From a virus (taxonomy: Duplodnaviria; Caudoviricetes): a stretch of 64,000 bases of DNA. The notes under the pieces were generated by a model. The model was not told the origin of the DNA. It saw only the letters and a program-made list of their open reading frames with translations, and searched no databases. The position numbers and the translations under genes are program-made. Below are positions 52,104-62,671 of the stretch, piece after piece. Location of the stretch: IMG/VR virus record IMGVR_UViG_3300031555_004524, positions 1 through 64,000 of that record. One strand, written 5' to 3'. Position 1 is the first letter of the stretch. Each line of letters opens with the position of its first letter.

Positions 52104-52213
52104 AATTATTTGGGATACTGTATTTTGCAGTATCCCAATATTTTACATATTTACTAGGCTTTAAATATCTAAGTAATATATATCGATAATCTATTAAGGA
52201 GGAAATTTTATAT

Positions 52214-53005
52214 ATGATTTCATCAACAAATTCAGAATATGCTATTGCATCTGATAGAGAGATTGCAGCTGTAATTGGAAACTTTGGCCCAGAAATGTTC
52301 CTTGCAACTCTAAATAATATATTAGAAGATCGCAATAGGGAAAATTATTTACAAGTAGGCAATTTAGTTGCTGCTTATGAATCAAATTATAAAATGATTC
52401 AAGACACATATCCAGATAACCGAGATGCGATAATGGAAACGCGTCAAGCTACATATGAAATGGTAATTAATAAGCTATGTGAACATTTTAATCTAAGTAT
52501 AAATATAACACCAGATATGGATATTTATACTGTAGCTTTTTTGTTATACAGATTTTTAATATCAGATTTTCAGCAGAATATTATTACTTTTTTTACAAAC
52601 TTCATTGTAAATGAACAGGCTAACCTTTATCAGTCTTTTGATTTAGAAACATTAAAAAAAGCAAAAGATTCTGCATCTGCATATAGTAGAAAATTATTTG
52701 GAAATAATGATAATAGCGGAAGATTAGCAGCTATACATTCAAACTTAGATCCAATCTTGACTGGTATTACTGCACATGATATTTCCTTAAATCAAATTAT
52801 AAATTTAATGTATATGGGAGATATATACACTTGTAATTTCTTAGCGAATATAATGTATGACAATGGAGATTTCTATAAAGATTTTATTGTAAAACATGTA
52901 AATGGTCCGCATAGAGCAGAAATAGTTACATATATAAGATTACAATTAAATCCATATATTATGCCAGAAGCTGTATCCATAACAACAATGGATACAAATA
53001 TATAA
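52214..53005 (+). CDS. Hypothetical (probable virion) protein
   Basis: AAGGAGG RBS; between terminase and sheath. Confidence 0.75.
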   Translation: MISSTNSEYAIASDREIAAVIGNFGPEMFLATLNNILEDRNRENYLQVGNLVAAYESNYKMIQDTYPDNRDAIMETRQATYEMVINKLCEHFNLSINITPDMDIYTVAFLLYRFLISDFQQNIITFFTNFIVNEQANLYQSFDLETLKKAKDSASAYSRKLFGNNDNSGRLAAIHSNLDPILTGITAHDISLNQIINLMYMGDIYTCNFLANIMYDNGDFYKDFIVKHVNGPHRAEIVTYIRLQLNPYIMPEAVSITTMDTNI

Positions 53006-53026
53006 AAACACGGAGGATTTTATAAT

Positions 53027-54259
53027 ATGGGGACTACTGAAAATTTAACAGATGAAAACATTGATAAAGCATATGATGCTTTATTGAAAGCTGGTGATGG
53101 AGAAAAACTCGCCGAAGATGAAGCTGCCAGACTTAGTGGTATTATGGAAGAATTTTTATCAGATGATGATAAATTAATGAGAGATATTGAATCTGGAAAT
53201 ATTCAGATTGAAACTGCTGACTGCCCAGAATCAATAAATGCAAAAGTTACTATTGATCCATTCTCTGGAAAGGGGACAAAGATCGATCTCGAAGATGATA
53301 CTGATATTATGTCACTTGATGATATATTGGATAATGGTGGAATTATGAATTCTATAGATTATAAAGAAATAGAATATTCAGAATCTGCTATTGCAGCTGC
53401 ATTAAAAACTACATATAAAATAGAAATATCTGATAATGAAATATCAGCTCTAACTGCAGCTCTTATTAAAGCTACTAAAGGTGAGCCTGTAAAATACAAT
53501 GATCTTCCACCTTCAATTAAATCAAAAATTGCCAATACGATTATGGCAGAAAAAGGATCAATATATACTGGAAATCTTGAATTAAAAAATCAAATGGCTA
53601 AAATATTTGTAGACGCATTAATGCAAGAAGTCATGAATGAAGAGATTAAAGAGATTTTTGTAGATCTTCAAGATTCTATTAAATCTATTGCTCAAGAAGG
53701 AATTAATTCTGTATATGGTAATGCATATAGTTCTCAAAGAGATATTTTAGAAAATGATCTTCTCAAAATTGCCAATGAAATAGAAAGTGAAAATCCAGAG
53801 AAAGCCAAATTATTAAGAAATATGCATCATGCATATCAGCAATCATATAAGTTAGAAGAGATGCTTAATACTTATATAACTACTGGAAAATGTAAAATAA
53901 AGAAATATGATTTAGAAAAAGTTGATAGAGTTTACGAAGGTTTCAACAGAAAGTATGAGAAATCTAAATGGGTAGTTAGAGATGTGAGTATGCTCGAACC
54001 AGTATTATCTAGAAAACTTTCTCAAGACTTTAATATCAATCATATCAGAGCATTCTTGATAGTATTCTGCAAGTATACAATGAATATGAACCCAGATGAA
54101 AGTTTAGTTGATCACACATTCATGTATTATTTCATAATGAATATACTAAATCTTGATATCTTTGATCCAGAAAACGAAAATGATGTATTATTCTATAATA
54201 CATTAGTAGAAACAATAGAAAACTTTATTAATAAAATTAGAGAAAAAGCTAAAATATAA
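53027..54259 (+). CDS. Hypothetical (probable virion) protein
   Basis: GGAGG RBS; followed by a terminator at 54264-54291. Confidence 0.75.
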   Translation: MGTTENLTDENIDKAYDALLKAGDGEKLAEDEAARLSGIMEEFLSDDDKLMRDIESGNIQIETADCPESINAKVTIDPFSGKGTKIDLEDDTDIMSLDDILDNGGIMNSIDYKEIEYSESAIAAALKTTYKIEISDNEISALTAALIKATKGEPVKYNDLPPSIKSKIANTIMAEKGSIYTGNLELKNQMAKIFVDALMQEVMNEEIKEIFVDLQDSIKSIAQEGINSVYGNAYSSQRDILENDLLKIANEIESENPEKAKLLRNMHHAYQQSYKLEEMLNTYITTGKCKIKKYDLEKVDRVYEGFNRKYEKSKWVVRDVSMLEPVLSRKLSQDFNINHIRAFLIVFCKYTMNMNPDESLVDHTFMYYFIMNILNLDIFDPENENDVLFYNTLVETIENFINKIREKAKI

Positions 54260-54317
54260 TTACATAGAGAAGGATATTAATCCTTCTCTATAAATTTAAT
54301 CATGGAGGTATAAAATT

Positions 54318-55145
54318 ATGTTTTTATTAAAAAGATTAATTAATAAAATTGATAAAATAGACAAAGAAAATACGACCGAATGTTATTCAATAATTCAAGA
54401 TAAAAGTCCTACTATAATATTTCCGCGATATTTAAAAATAGATGATATAGAAAAAATACCACCTAAATATACATATATTTCAAAAATAGCTATATTAAAA
54501 TTACCTTATATGGAAATATTTGGACCTTCCAAAACAACCAGTATCACAACTTATTTGGAAGAAAGAGGGGTTGACTCTTCTTTTGAAAATAAAAAACAAT
54601 TAGCAGAATTTGTAAAAATATATGATTATACTGAAGCAAAGGATGCAGAATTATTACGTCTATTAAAAAATATTCATGAACTAAGAGGTTTATCAGAACC
54701 TGCAGAATATTATATGTGTACAGATGAACATAAATGGACAAAATTAAAAAGTAAACCTACTCTTTTTACAGAATCTGAAATTCCGATATATAATAGTTTA
54801 TCCAGTGTAATATCTCCATTGTATAAATATTCAATAATATATACTATAGATGATGATTCATATTGGATTAATCTTGGAGAAGAAGATCATAGATCTAATT
54901 TATTTGCATTTATTGGAACTAAACAAGAAATTGGTGTATTAGAATCCAATATTGCAGATATATGTGAACAGAATGATGAAATGCCTATTATAACATTATC
55001 AGCAAATATCGAAAACAAAATAGTAGTGCGCAAAAAGATAATTAATAGTAATACTATTAGTTATGATATTTACAGAAAATGCGATTCATATTATGAAAAA
55101 TGTGACACTGCAATTGTATATAAGGAGGAAATTTACAATGGATAG
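54318..55145 (+). CDS. Hypothetical protein
   Basis: 275-aa ORF with GGAGG RBS. Confidence 0.75.
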   Translation: MFLLKRLINKIDKIDKENTTECYSIIQDKSPTIIFPRYLKIDDIEKIPPKYTYISKIAILKLPYMEIFGPSKTTSITTYLEERGVDSSFENKKQLAEFVKIYDYTEAKDAELLRLLKNIHELRGLSEPAEYYMCTDEHKWTKLKSKPTLFTESEIPIYNSLSSVISPLYKYSIIYTIDDDSYWINLGEEDHRSNLFAFIGTKQEIGVLESNIADICEQNDEMPIITLSANIENKIVVRKKIINSNTISYDIYRKCDSYYEKCDTAIVYKEEIYNG

Positions 55146-55701
55146 ATATATTATTAATGGGTGCGAAATAGCACTGGCTAAAAAGATAACAGTTATACTT
55201 ATCAATAGACCTACAACTGAAGAGGATAAGAAAAATGTAAGTGTATACACAGGGGATCTTATCAGTATATTATATACAGAAAATATGGCAGATGTTGGCA
55301 AAAAAGATAAGATATACAGAGGAAGAATATTAGATGTGGTATATAAACCAACTGCACATATAAAGGCATGGCGCCCAAATGCATCATATGCTAGAGAAAA
55401 TGATTATTTAGAAGTATTACCATATAATATGGTAAATAATAATATTTCATGCGAAAAAAAATTAGTTGGACAAGGTATTGATTGGGATCACATCTATATC
55501 AAAATGGATATATCCACTGCTCATAATTCAGAAGTAAAACTATTTAGAGTATCACATATCTTAGATATTAACGATGTAGACTATGAATACCAACCAGATA
55601 ATCCAGAAATTTTAGAATGTACATGTAACCTAAAAATAGAAGAAGATATCGATCATGATCCAGTAAAAGATATAGAAGTTATTGTAGAAACAGTAAATTA
55701 G
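55138..55701 (+). CDS. Hypothetical protein
   Basis: AAGGAGG supports ATG 55138 (track start 55063). Confidence 0.75.
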   Translation: MDRYIINGCEIALAKKITVILINRPTTEEDKKNVSVYTGDLISILYTENMADVGKKDKIYRGRILDVVYKPTAHIKAWRPNASYARENDYLEVLPYNMVNNNISCEKKLVGQGIDWDHIYIKMDISTAHNSEVKLFRVSHILDINDVDYEYQPDNPEILECTCNLKIEEDIDHDPVKDIEVIVETVN

Positions 55702-55725
55702 TATATTATATAGGAGAGTGATAAT

Positions 55726-56499
55726 ATGAATGAAACTATTCCTAGTTGGTTAAAATTAAAAGATCGTGCCTTATATTATAATGACACAGGAGAATTTTGT
55801 TTCTTTGTTCCAGAGATATTCTTCGAAAGAAATCATGCTATATCAGAAGGTGAATTTATTCATCTTATAGGCATGCTAAATTATACAAGATTAAAACCAG
55901 GAAGTAATGAGTATACAAAAGATGTAAAATCATTTAACTTTCCTACAGCTTTTACTACCAAACCAGGTAGAGTTGAAAAGGTAAAGAATCTTAAATTAAT
56001 AGATTCTCAACCTGGAGAGGATTATCGAATTCTCCATTACGAAAACAATGGAGATGATCAAATTGTTGTATCTATAGAAGTTCCACAGGATATTGCAAAT
56101 GTAGAAGAATTTATGCAAATTTGTTTTACTACAGGAAAGATTCCTAAAAATATTAGATATGATGAATTACAAAATTATCTATATGATAATATGAAACTTA
56201 ATGGAAATTCTTACGGTATTACTGCACAGATTTATGGTATAGTATGGTCGGAAGTATGTAGAGATCCTAACAATCTAGAAGTGCCGTATAGATTATCAAA
56301 GAAATTTGATGAAAAGAATCCTACTAATTATCAATCTATTTCTATTAAAGAGGTACCTAAAATTATATCTCCATTTACAGCTGTTACAACGGAGAACTGG
56401 GATGAGGCTGTAATATCAGCATGTATTATCCCACCAGATCAGATTAAAGGTACACCTATGGAAAAAATTATGACTGGAACTGGATTTGATGATGAATAA
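55726..56499 (+). CDS. Conserved protein resembling the extreme C-terminal segment of RNAP beta' (candidate virion RNAP piece)
   Basis: GITAQIYGIVWSEVCRD..YQSISIKEVPKIISPFTAVTTENWDEAV aligns by eye with the C-terminal part of 47278-49377. Confidence 0.5.
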   Translation: MNETIPSWLKLKDRALYYNDTGEFCFFVPEIFFERNHAISEGEFIHLIGMLNYTRLKPGSNEYTKDVKSFNFPTAFTTKPGRVEKVKNLKLIDSQPGEDYRILHYENNGDDQIVVSIEVPQDIANVEEFMQICFTTGKIPKNIRYDELQNYLYDNMKLNGNSYGITAQIYGIVWSEVCRDPNNLEVPYRLSKKFDEKNPTNYQSISIKEVPKIISPFTAVTTENWDEAVISACIIPPDQIKGTPMEKIMTGTGFDDE

Positions 56500-56510
56500 A
56501 AAACACAATT

Positions 56511-56540
56511 AAGGGTAAGAGATTAATTTCTCTTACCCTT
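56511..56540 (+). terminator. Intrinsic terminator
   Basis: AAGGGTAAGAGA/TCTCTTACCCTT stem followed by T-rich sequence. Confidence 0.8.
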
Positions 56541-56577
56541 TCTTTATATATAAAATCCGCTAAAAGTGTCCCCTGAT

Positions 56578-56589
56578 AACATATCAATA
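56578..56589 (+). promoter_or_regulatory. Late nvRNAP promoter (sheath/tube)
   Basis: AACA-TATCAA-TA. Confidence 0.7.
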
Positions 56590-56655
56590 AATTACATTTG
56601 GATTGAAAATGTATTTAAATTTTTATTAATAAAATTATAAAGGAGGACACAAAAA

Positions 56656-58791
56656 ATGAGAAAACCCACTACTACATTTAAATGGGTTGACAACAGTGGT
56701 GCTTTAGTTAACGCTCCTGTATTGGAAGTTAGACCACTGTGTTTGACAGCTTCTTCATTTGATAAAGGCCCAGAAGGGTTAATGACTGTGTATGGCGATA
56801 ATTTCTATAAGTTATTTGGTTCAAATATTTCATATGTAAAACATGGACAGCCAGCTATTCAGGCAGCTAATATCATTGATAACGGTGGAGAATTATTAAT
56901 CAAACGTGTTGTTGCTCCAGATTCACTCCTTGCAAACCTTATTCTCACAGCTTCTGTTTCTCAGGCTAGAGTAGAAAAAGTTGATGAACTTACAGGAAAA
57001 CCTGTATATGTCGATGCTGTTACTGGAAGCGAAACATTAGAAGCTACTACAGAAGATGGAACAAGCAATGAAAGAGCAATGATCAATACTGCAGTTATCA
57101 AGTATGATGTAGCAAACGTTACAGATGCTAAAACATTAGCAGATGTAGTTACTCAGGCTAAAACTCTTTCAACTGAAAGAGAATCTAGTCTTGATATCGA
57201 AGGTGCAGGAGATCCATCTACATGGATAACTGTAAATGCAACTCTTGAGGATGGCGGAGATGCTCCAGATATGAGTGTTTCTGTAGGTTATTCTGCGCTT
57301 AACGAAAATGCAGCATTAGTTGGCGAAGCAGAAGTAGGAACAGCAGAACTTCTTGCTGAAGTAACTGAAACATTATTTGATATCGGAACTATCCTCATTG
57401 ATAACAACTTTAATGTATTTGAAGTTGTAGCTGATAATAAATTAGTATTACTTGGTAATACATCAGCAGAATTTACATACCCAATCCTTGTTGTTGCTGA
57501 CAATGGTAGAGGTGTAAGTGATAAGAGATTCAATATCACATGCGATTATACAATTAGTAAATCAGTACACTTTGCTATGTATCAGCTTAACTACTTAGGA
57601 GTACAGGATTTCGATGCTGAATTTACAAGATTCTCTGCAAATCCAGATCAGATTTACAATAACGTAAGCTATTCTCTTAAAATGGCTGCTAAATCTGCAA
57701 TGCAGCTTCAGGCACAGGATCTTGAAGCAGAATTAGAAGCATTTATTGCTAAAGTTTCAGAATTCTCTGGTATCGCACAGGATGAACTCCTCGGCATGGA
57801 TATCTTATTTGGACGTAATCTTAAAGGTATGCCTGTGCAGCAGATTACAATCGATGAAACAGGTTACCAGTTAGATGCTGAATATGGTATGATGCTTCAG
57901 GGTGGTTCTTATGGTTCATTCGGAGATGCTCCATTCGGAACAGAAGCATACTCAGAAGAACTCGTTGCATTCTTCTCAGGAGAATCTGATGATACTATCT
58001 ATGATAGAGATAGATGGAAAATTGAAGTGTGCTTAGATGCTAACTATCCACTTGAAGTTAAAGAAGCTATTTCTCAGCTTGCTACAGATAGAGAAGACTT
58101 CTTCTTCTTCAGAGATTATGGTCTTGGAAATACAACAATGGATGTTATTAAGCTCATGAGAGATTCAATGAATATCAATAATAAATTCATGGGCGATTAT
58201 TGTACATCATATGATGTAATTGATAAGTTTACAAGAAAACAGATTCCTGTAACTATCATGTACTCATTAGCAAGATTAATAATACCACATTTAAATTCAA
58301 ATAGAAATGCTCCACTTATGGGTATTTTATATGGATTTACAATTCCAGAAGCAATTGAAGGAACTGTAAACTTCATTCCAAAAGATACACCAAAAGTTGA
58401 TCAGAAAACTATGTGTATCGAAGAACAGATTAACTATGCTAGCTATGTAAACGGAGTTCTTACTCTTGAAACTCAGATCACAGCTCAGGAAAAAGAAACT
58501 CAGTGTTCACATATCAACAATATCCTTACAGTTCAGGAAACAATGCGTGACATTAGAACACTTTGTCCAAAACTTAGAGGATCATTTATTGATGCTAGTG
58601 ATGGGCTTGAAAAATATGCTCAGAAAGTTAAAGATGTTATTGATAAACATAGGGAAGAATACAATAGTATTGAATTTGCATGGACTGCAGATGAAGTTAT
58701 GTTAGCTCATAAGATCTTTGATGCAGCTATCAAAGTAACATTCAAGAACTATGTTGGCTCAGAAGAATTTACTATCTACACATTAGACTAA
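56656..58791 (+). CDS. Tail sheath protein
   Basis: KHGQPAIQA..LLIKRVV, DNGRG, LDANYPLEVKEAI..L...RED; high-expression codons; followed by the tube gene. Confidence 0.85.
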   Translation: MRKPTTTFKWVDNSGALVNAPVLEVRPLCLTASSFDKGPEGLMTVYGDNFYKLFGSNISYVKHGQPAIQAANIIDNGGELLIKRVVAPDSLLANLILTASVSQARVEKVDELTGKPVYVDAVTGSETLEATTEDGTSNERAMINTAVIKYDVANVTDAKTLADVVTQAKTLSTERESSLDIEGAGDPSTWITVNATLEDGGDAPDMSVSVGYSALNENAALVGEAEVGTAELLAEVTETLFDIGTILIDNNFNVFEVVADNKLVLLGNTSAEFTYPILVVADNGRGVSDKRFNITCDYTISKSVHFAMYQLNYLGVQDFDAEFTRFSANPDQIYNNVSYSLKMAAKSAMQLQAQDLEAELEAFIAKVSEFSGIAQDELLGMDILFGRNLKGMPVQQITIDETGYQLDAEYGMMLQGGSYGSFGDAPFGTEAYSEELVAFFSGESDDTIYDRDRWKIEVCLDANYPLEVKEAISQLATDREDFFFFRDYGLGNTTMDVIKLMRDSMNINNKFMGDYCTSYDVIDKFTRKQIPVTIMYSLARLIIPHLNSNRNAPLMGILYGFTIPEAIEGTVNFIPKDTPKVDQKTMCIEEQINYASYVNGVLTLETQITAQEKETQCSHINNILTVQETMRDIRTLCPKLRGSFIDASDGLEKYAQKVKDVIDKHREEYNSIEFAWTADEVMLAHKIFDAAIKVTFKNYVGSEEFTIYTLD

Positions 58792-58807
58792 TTAAGGAGG
58801 GTAATAT

Positions 58808-59698
58808 ATGAATACTTATAAGAAGAAACCGTATTCGATTGCCTCTTACACTAAAATGCGTGGGGTAATCGACTTCAGTAATGCTAGTCAGTTCAATATG
58901 TACGAATCTGGATATCAGTTCTTAACTATTATCTCTAGACCACGTTATATTGAAATGCTTGCCGAAGAAGATGCTGAAGTTGCTAACTCATTAAATCTCT
59001 TCTGCTGGATTCTTGAAAACGAATTCCGTGGATTAGATGGTATCGAAAATATCACAGTAGACTCTCTTGAATTTACAGATAATATTTCTACATTAAATAC
59101 TATCGGTAAAGTAAATCAGCAGTCTGCTTCAGAAATTACAATGACATTTACAGAAAGATCTGGTGCAGCTATGACTGGATTTATTGATTACTTCTTAAGA
59201 GGTATCAAAGATCCACGTACACAGGCTAAAACATACCATGGTCTTATTAAGAAAGGTAAATTAGCTGCAGGATTTGAAAATGAAGTATTCCATCTGTTAT
59301 ACATGGTAACAGACAATACTACATTAGGTCTTGAAAAAGCTTACCTTCTTGCAAGTGCTTGGCCTTCAACAGCACAGCTTGACATCTATAATGGTGAAAA
59401 AGGTACTATTGAAAAGAAAGAAATTTCTGTACCTTGGCAGTGCTTCCCAATCGATGGAGATGAAGTTGATAAGAGAGCTTTACGTATGCTCGCATACATC
59501 AGTGAAGATGATGCAGTTGCTAACGCTAACTCTGTTAACGGATCTTCTAAGAACGCTCTCGCAGTGGCTAAAGAAATTAAGAGTTACTCAAATAACCAGG
59601 TTATCAATGACTCTAATACATACCAGTATGCTGGTCTTAGCCTCATCGAAAACGTTTACAAAGATGCAGTTGTTGAACAGACAAGACGTACTGTATAA
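58808..59698 (+). CDS. Tail tube protein
   Basis: Directly after the sheath gene; EFRGLDGI, ERSG, GIKDPRT, LYMVTDNT motifs recalled from AR9/phiKZ-like tubes. Confidence 0.75.
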   Translation: MNTYKKKPYSIASYTKMRGVIDFSNASQFNMYESGYQFLTIISRPRYIEMLAEEDAEVANSLNLFCWILENEFRGLDGIENITVDSLEFTDNISTLNTIGKVNQQSASEITMTFTERSGAAMTGFIDYFLRGIKDPRTQAKTYHGLIKKGKLAAGFENEVFHLLYMVTDNTTLGLEKAYLLASAWPSTAQLDIYNGEKGTIEKKEISVPWQCFPIDGDEVDKRALRMLAYISEDDAVANANSVNGSSKNALAVAKEIKSYSNNQVINDSNTYQYAGLSLIENVYKDAVVEQTRRTV

Positions 59699-59710
59699 TG
59701 AAATAAATAT

Positions 59711-59739
59711 TAGGAGTGTACCAAATCGGTACACTCCTA
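59711..59739. terminator. Bidirectional terminator
   Basis: TAGGAGTGTACC/GGTACACTCCTA stem between convergent genes. Confidence 0.85.
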
Positions 59740-59748
59740 TTTTTATAT

Positions 59749-62076
59749 TTACATATCCATATCTCCACCAGAGTTTCCTCCACCACCACTATCCGTAGTA
59801 GTGTTATTATTATCTGAAACTGATACTTCCAATTCAACTGCTTCTTTTAATCTATCTACTAGACTAGATTTTACATAAGATGCAAGTAAATGTCTATTCA
59901 TTTTTCTAATAAACTTAGCTCTTTTTACATCTACATTTGGATCTGAATCTCCTTCATATTCATATGTAGCAATAGCTGTAGAATAATCATTAGCATTCTG
60001 TAAAAGCTGAGAAGTATTTGTAAGTGTTAAAAACATTGGAGGTGGTAACTGAGCTTCAACTTCAACTGGTTCTTCTTCATATTCGCATGCATATATTTTA
60101 GTTAATAATTTGCTTAAGAATGTTTCTGTTATTCCTTGTCTATGAAATACAGTTCTTAATACTTTAATACTTGTTGATGTGAACTGAGTTGCAAAATCTG
60201 GAGAATTTCTGTTCTGAACCAATTCTATATTAACTCCAGTACTGTTTACTGCCATTTCTTCTAGCATATTATAAAGATCAGTATCTATATCAAATTGCTG
60301 TCCTGGCATAACTTCAAATTGCACTGGTGCATCCCCAGAAGGTCCCACTGGAATTACATAATCATTATATCTGCCAGTAATATTAAGAATATTATTGAGA
60401 TTCTGAATCTGTCTAATTCCAAAGTTACCCTTTTTAATCTGGTTAATTACATTTAATAATGTTTGAGATATATTTGTATCGATAGTCTGTTTTACATAAT
60501 ATACTCTCTTATCCTGACCTCTTGTTAATTTACCAAGGGTATCAGTAATATATAAACAAGATAACAATTTTGCTGGAATTAATCCATCTAAGCAATCTGA
60601 AATTCCTCTATGTGTATCTGGATCTATATTGTATGCTAATCTCAAGACATCTTCTTCTGGTAAGAATGAAATTCTAACGTCTAATAATCCTCGTTTAGCA
60701 TTATAAATATCATTATGAAGGAGAATTGCATAGATTTCTTTTGTAAGATCCTGATTTGCATTTATGAATCGCTTATTCAGCTCTTTAGAGATAGTTGCAG
60801 AAAGCTGTCTAATCATATCATTAACTTTTTTCTCTTCTACTGCATTTCTTGTAACTTGCTGCATTCCTTCTAATCCAGTAGTAGCTGTAGAAGTTGCAGT
60901 AGTTATAGAACCATCACTATACTGTGTTGACATATTTGCATATAAATCATTAGCAAGCTGATCATCTGTAAATTCTAAATAATAATATCCCAAACATACG
61001 TCATCGTCAACATAGAGAGGTATAACATTTTCTCTTTTTAATGCTTTGATAACTGCACCTCTAACTTTCAATTCACTAGGAGATACTGTTCTGGATGAAT
61101 TATGTAATAACCCATCAGCAGAAGTATCATCCCTTAATTCCTTAGGAACTTCTAATTCATTTGGAATGGTTATATCAAGTTTTGTTTTCTTATGAATACT
61201 GCTCGCTTCATTCAATGCTTCATTTAAGCTATAAGTTCCTTGCTTTACGATATTATTAGAAATCTTAGCAGATTCAATACAAGATTTCAATGTGCAAGAT
61301 AAATCAAATTCAACATTAACAGAATATGCATGTTTTTTCTGATCTGCTGTAGCTTTATCATCTAATATACCATTTTCATTAAGTAAATAATTTCCATATG
61401 TGGATGCTGTATTGGCTTTATTTGTAAGTAATTTAGCAATAGCAACTTTATATGGAACTACGTATACAAACTGTTCTCCGTATTTTGAAGTATTCATATA
61501 CCACATATTCAGCTTATTTTGAATATCATATTTCTTAATGAGCTTTCCCATTCTCATTTCAAATGAAGCCATATCTGAATCTGCAGAATATGCAGGAGTT
61601 TTTGCACTAATAATATCTTTGGAGAAACTATCTGCAGATAATACTGCATCTCTCATTAATAATAATGCTTCCATCATTTTGGTACAATATTTAAGTACCA
61701 TATCTATTTCATTATCTAAATCTTTAATCCATTTATTTCCAGTATAGCTAGCTAAAATTTCATCTGTTAAAGGATTATTATCAAATAAATTCTTTATAGC
61801 ATCTACTGTATCTTTAGAGTTTACAGTATTTCTTAAATGAGTTCTAGCATATAATTGTGAAACTTTGGATGTATCATTGTTTTTATTACGACGAACAATC
61901 GCTGCAATTTTGTCTTCAATTCCATCAGCGATATTATTCAAATCTTTGGAATTGCTTCTATCGGAATAATATGTATTTCTATACACATTATCCATTCCAC
62001 TACCTAAACCACCTAATAATTGATTAATCCTTCCGGTATTAAATCTTCTAGGAGATTTTTGTGATCTTTCGGCCAT
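59749..62076 (-). CDS. Portal protein
   Basis: SKYGEQFVY, LTRGQDKRVYYV, DYVIP..FEVMPG (T4 gp20-like pattern); late promoter at 62110-62121. Confidence 0.8.
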   Translation of the reverse strand: MAERSQKSPRRFNTGRINQLLGGLGSGMDNVYRNTYYSDRSNSKDLNNIADGIEDKIAAIVRRNKNNDTSKVSQLYARTHLRNTVNSKDTVDAIKNLFDNNPLTDEILASYTGNKWIKDLDNEIDMVLKYCTKMMEALLLMRDAVLSADSFSKDIISAKTPAYSADSDMASFEMRMGKLIKKYDIQNKLNMWYMNTSKYGEQFVYVVPYKVAIAKLLTNKANTASTYGNYLLNENGILDDKATADQKKHAYSVNVEFDLSCTLKSCIESAKISNNIVKQGTYSLNEALNEASSIHKKTKLDITIPNELEVPKELRDDTSADGLLHNSSRTVSPSELKVRGAVIKALKRENVIPLYVDDDVCLGYYYLEFTDDQLANDLYANMSTQYSDGSITTATSTATTGLEGMQQVTRNAVEEKKVNDMIRQLSATISKELNKRFINANQDLTKEIYAILLHNDIYNAKRGLLDVRISFLPEEDVLRLAYNIDPDTHRGISDCLDGLIPAKLLSCLYITDTLGKLTRGQDKRVYYVKQTIDTNISQTLLNVINQIKKGNFGIRQIQNLNNILNITGRYNDYVIPVGPSGDAPVQFEVMPGQQFDIDTDLYNMLEEMAVNSTGVNIELVQNRNSPDFATQFTSTSIKVLRTVFHRQGITETFLSKLLTKIYACEYEEEPVEVEAQLPPPMFLTLTNTSQLLQNANDYSTAIATYEYEGDSDPNVDVKRAKFIRKMNRHLLASYVKSSLVDRLKEAVELEVSVSDNNNTTTDSGGGGNSGGDMDM

Positions 62077-62109
62077 GTTTCATCCGTCCTTCCTTCTAGA
62101 TTTTTCGCT

Positions 62110-62121
62110 TATCTGAATGTT
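62110..62121 (-). promoter_or_regulatory. Late nvRNAP promoter (portal)
   Basis: AACA-TTCAGA-TA. Confidence 0.7.
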
Positions 62122-62143
62122 TCGCGGGTAAAATACGATACCT

Positions 62144-62665
62144 CTAAATATTGAGGTATCGTATATATTCACGTATTTGATAATTTTTTTTCTGAATAAT
62201 AAATTCTGATATGAATGAATGTTCTCCTGCTGAATATATCGATAAGTGTATTGTATCAGATTTATTCAATGGATGTAATGATGAAAAATTACTCATTACA
62301 TATTCTTCATATTTAAACATTTTCGCTCCATCACCAGCTTTAATATTTCTAGAAGTATTCACAAATGATTCAAACGATGTAATATCTTTTTCATATATTA
62401 TAGGTGGTGTATCTGTCAATATCATCACTACGTTTAATAAATATCTAAATTTATTTATTAATATTTCTGGAGTCATACATTCAGCAAAATCTGGTTTCGA
62501 TCTACCATCTAATTCTGCCATTGTACCTAGATACTCTTCATCTGAATTTGTATATATTATACTAAGGGTTCCTAAATTTACATCGGAACCCAAAATATAT
62601 CGTGGTGTTATCCATATATAATCACGTTTCATACTTTTAGCCATTTTTATAATATTTGCATCCAT
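62144..62665 (-). CDS. Hypothetical protein
   Basis: 173-aa ORF directly after the polymerase subunit; GGAGG RBS. Confidence 0.75.
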   Translation of the reverse strand: MDANIIKMAKSMKRDYIWITPRYILGSDVNLGTLSIIYTNSDEEYLGTMAELDGRSKPDFAECMTPEILINKFRYLLNVVMILTDTPPIIYEKDITSFESFVNTSRNIKAGDGAKMFKYEEYVMSNFSSLHPLNKSDTIHLSIYSAGEHSFISEFIIQKKNYQIREYIRYLNI

Positions 62666-62671
62666 TTTAAA

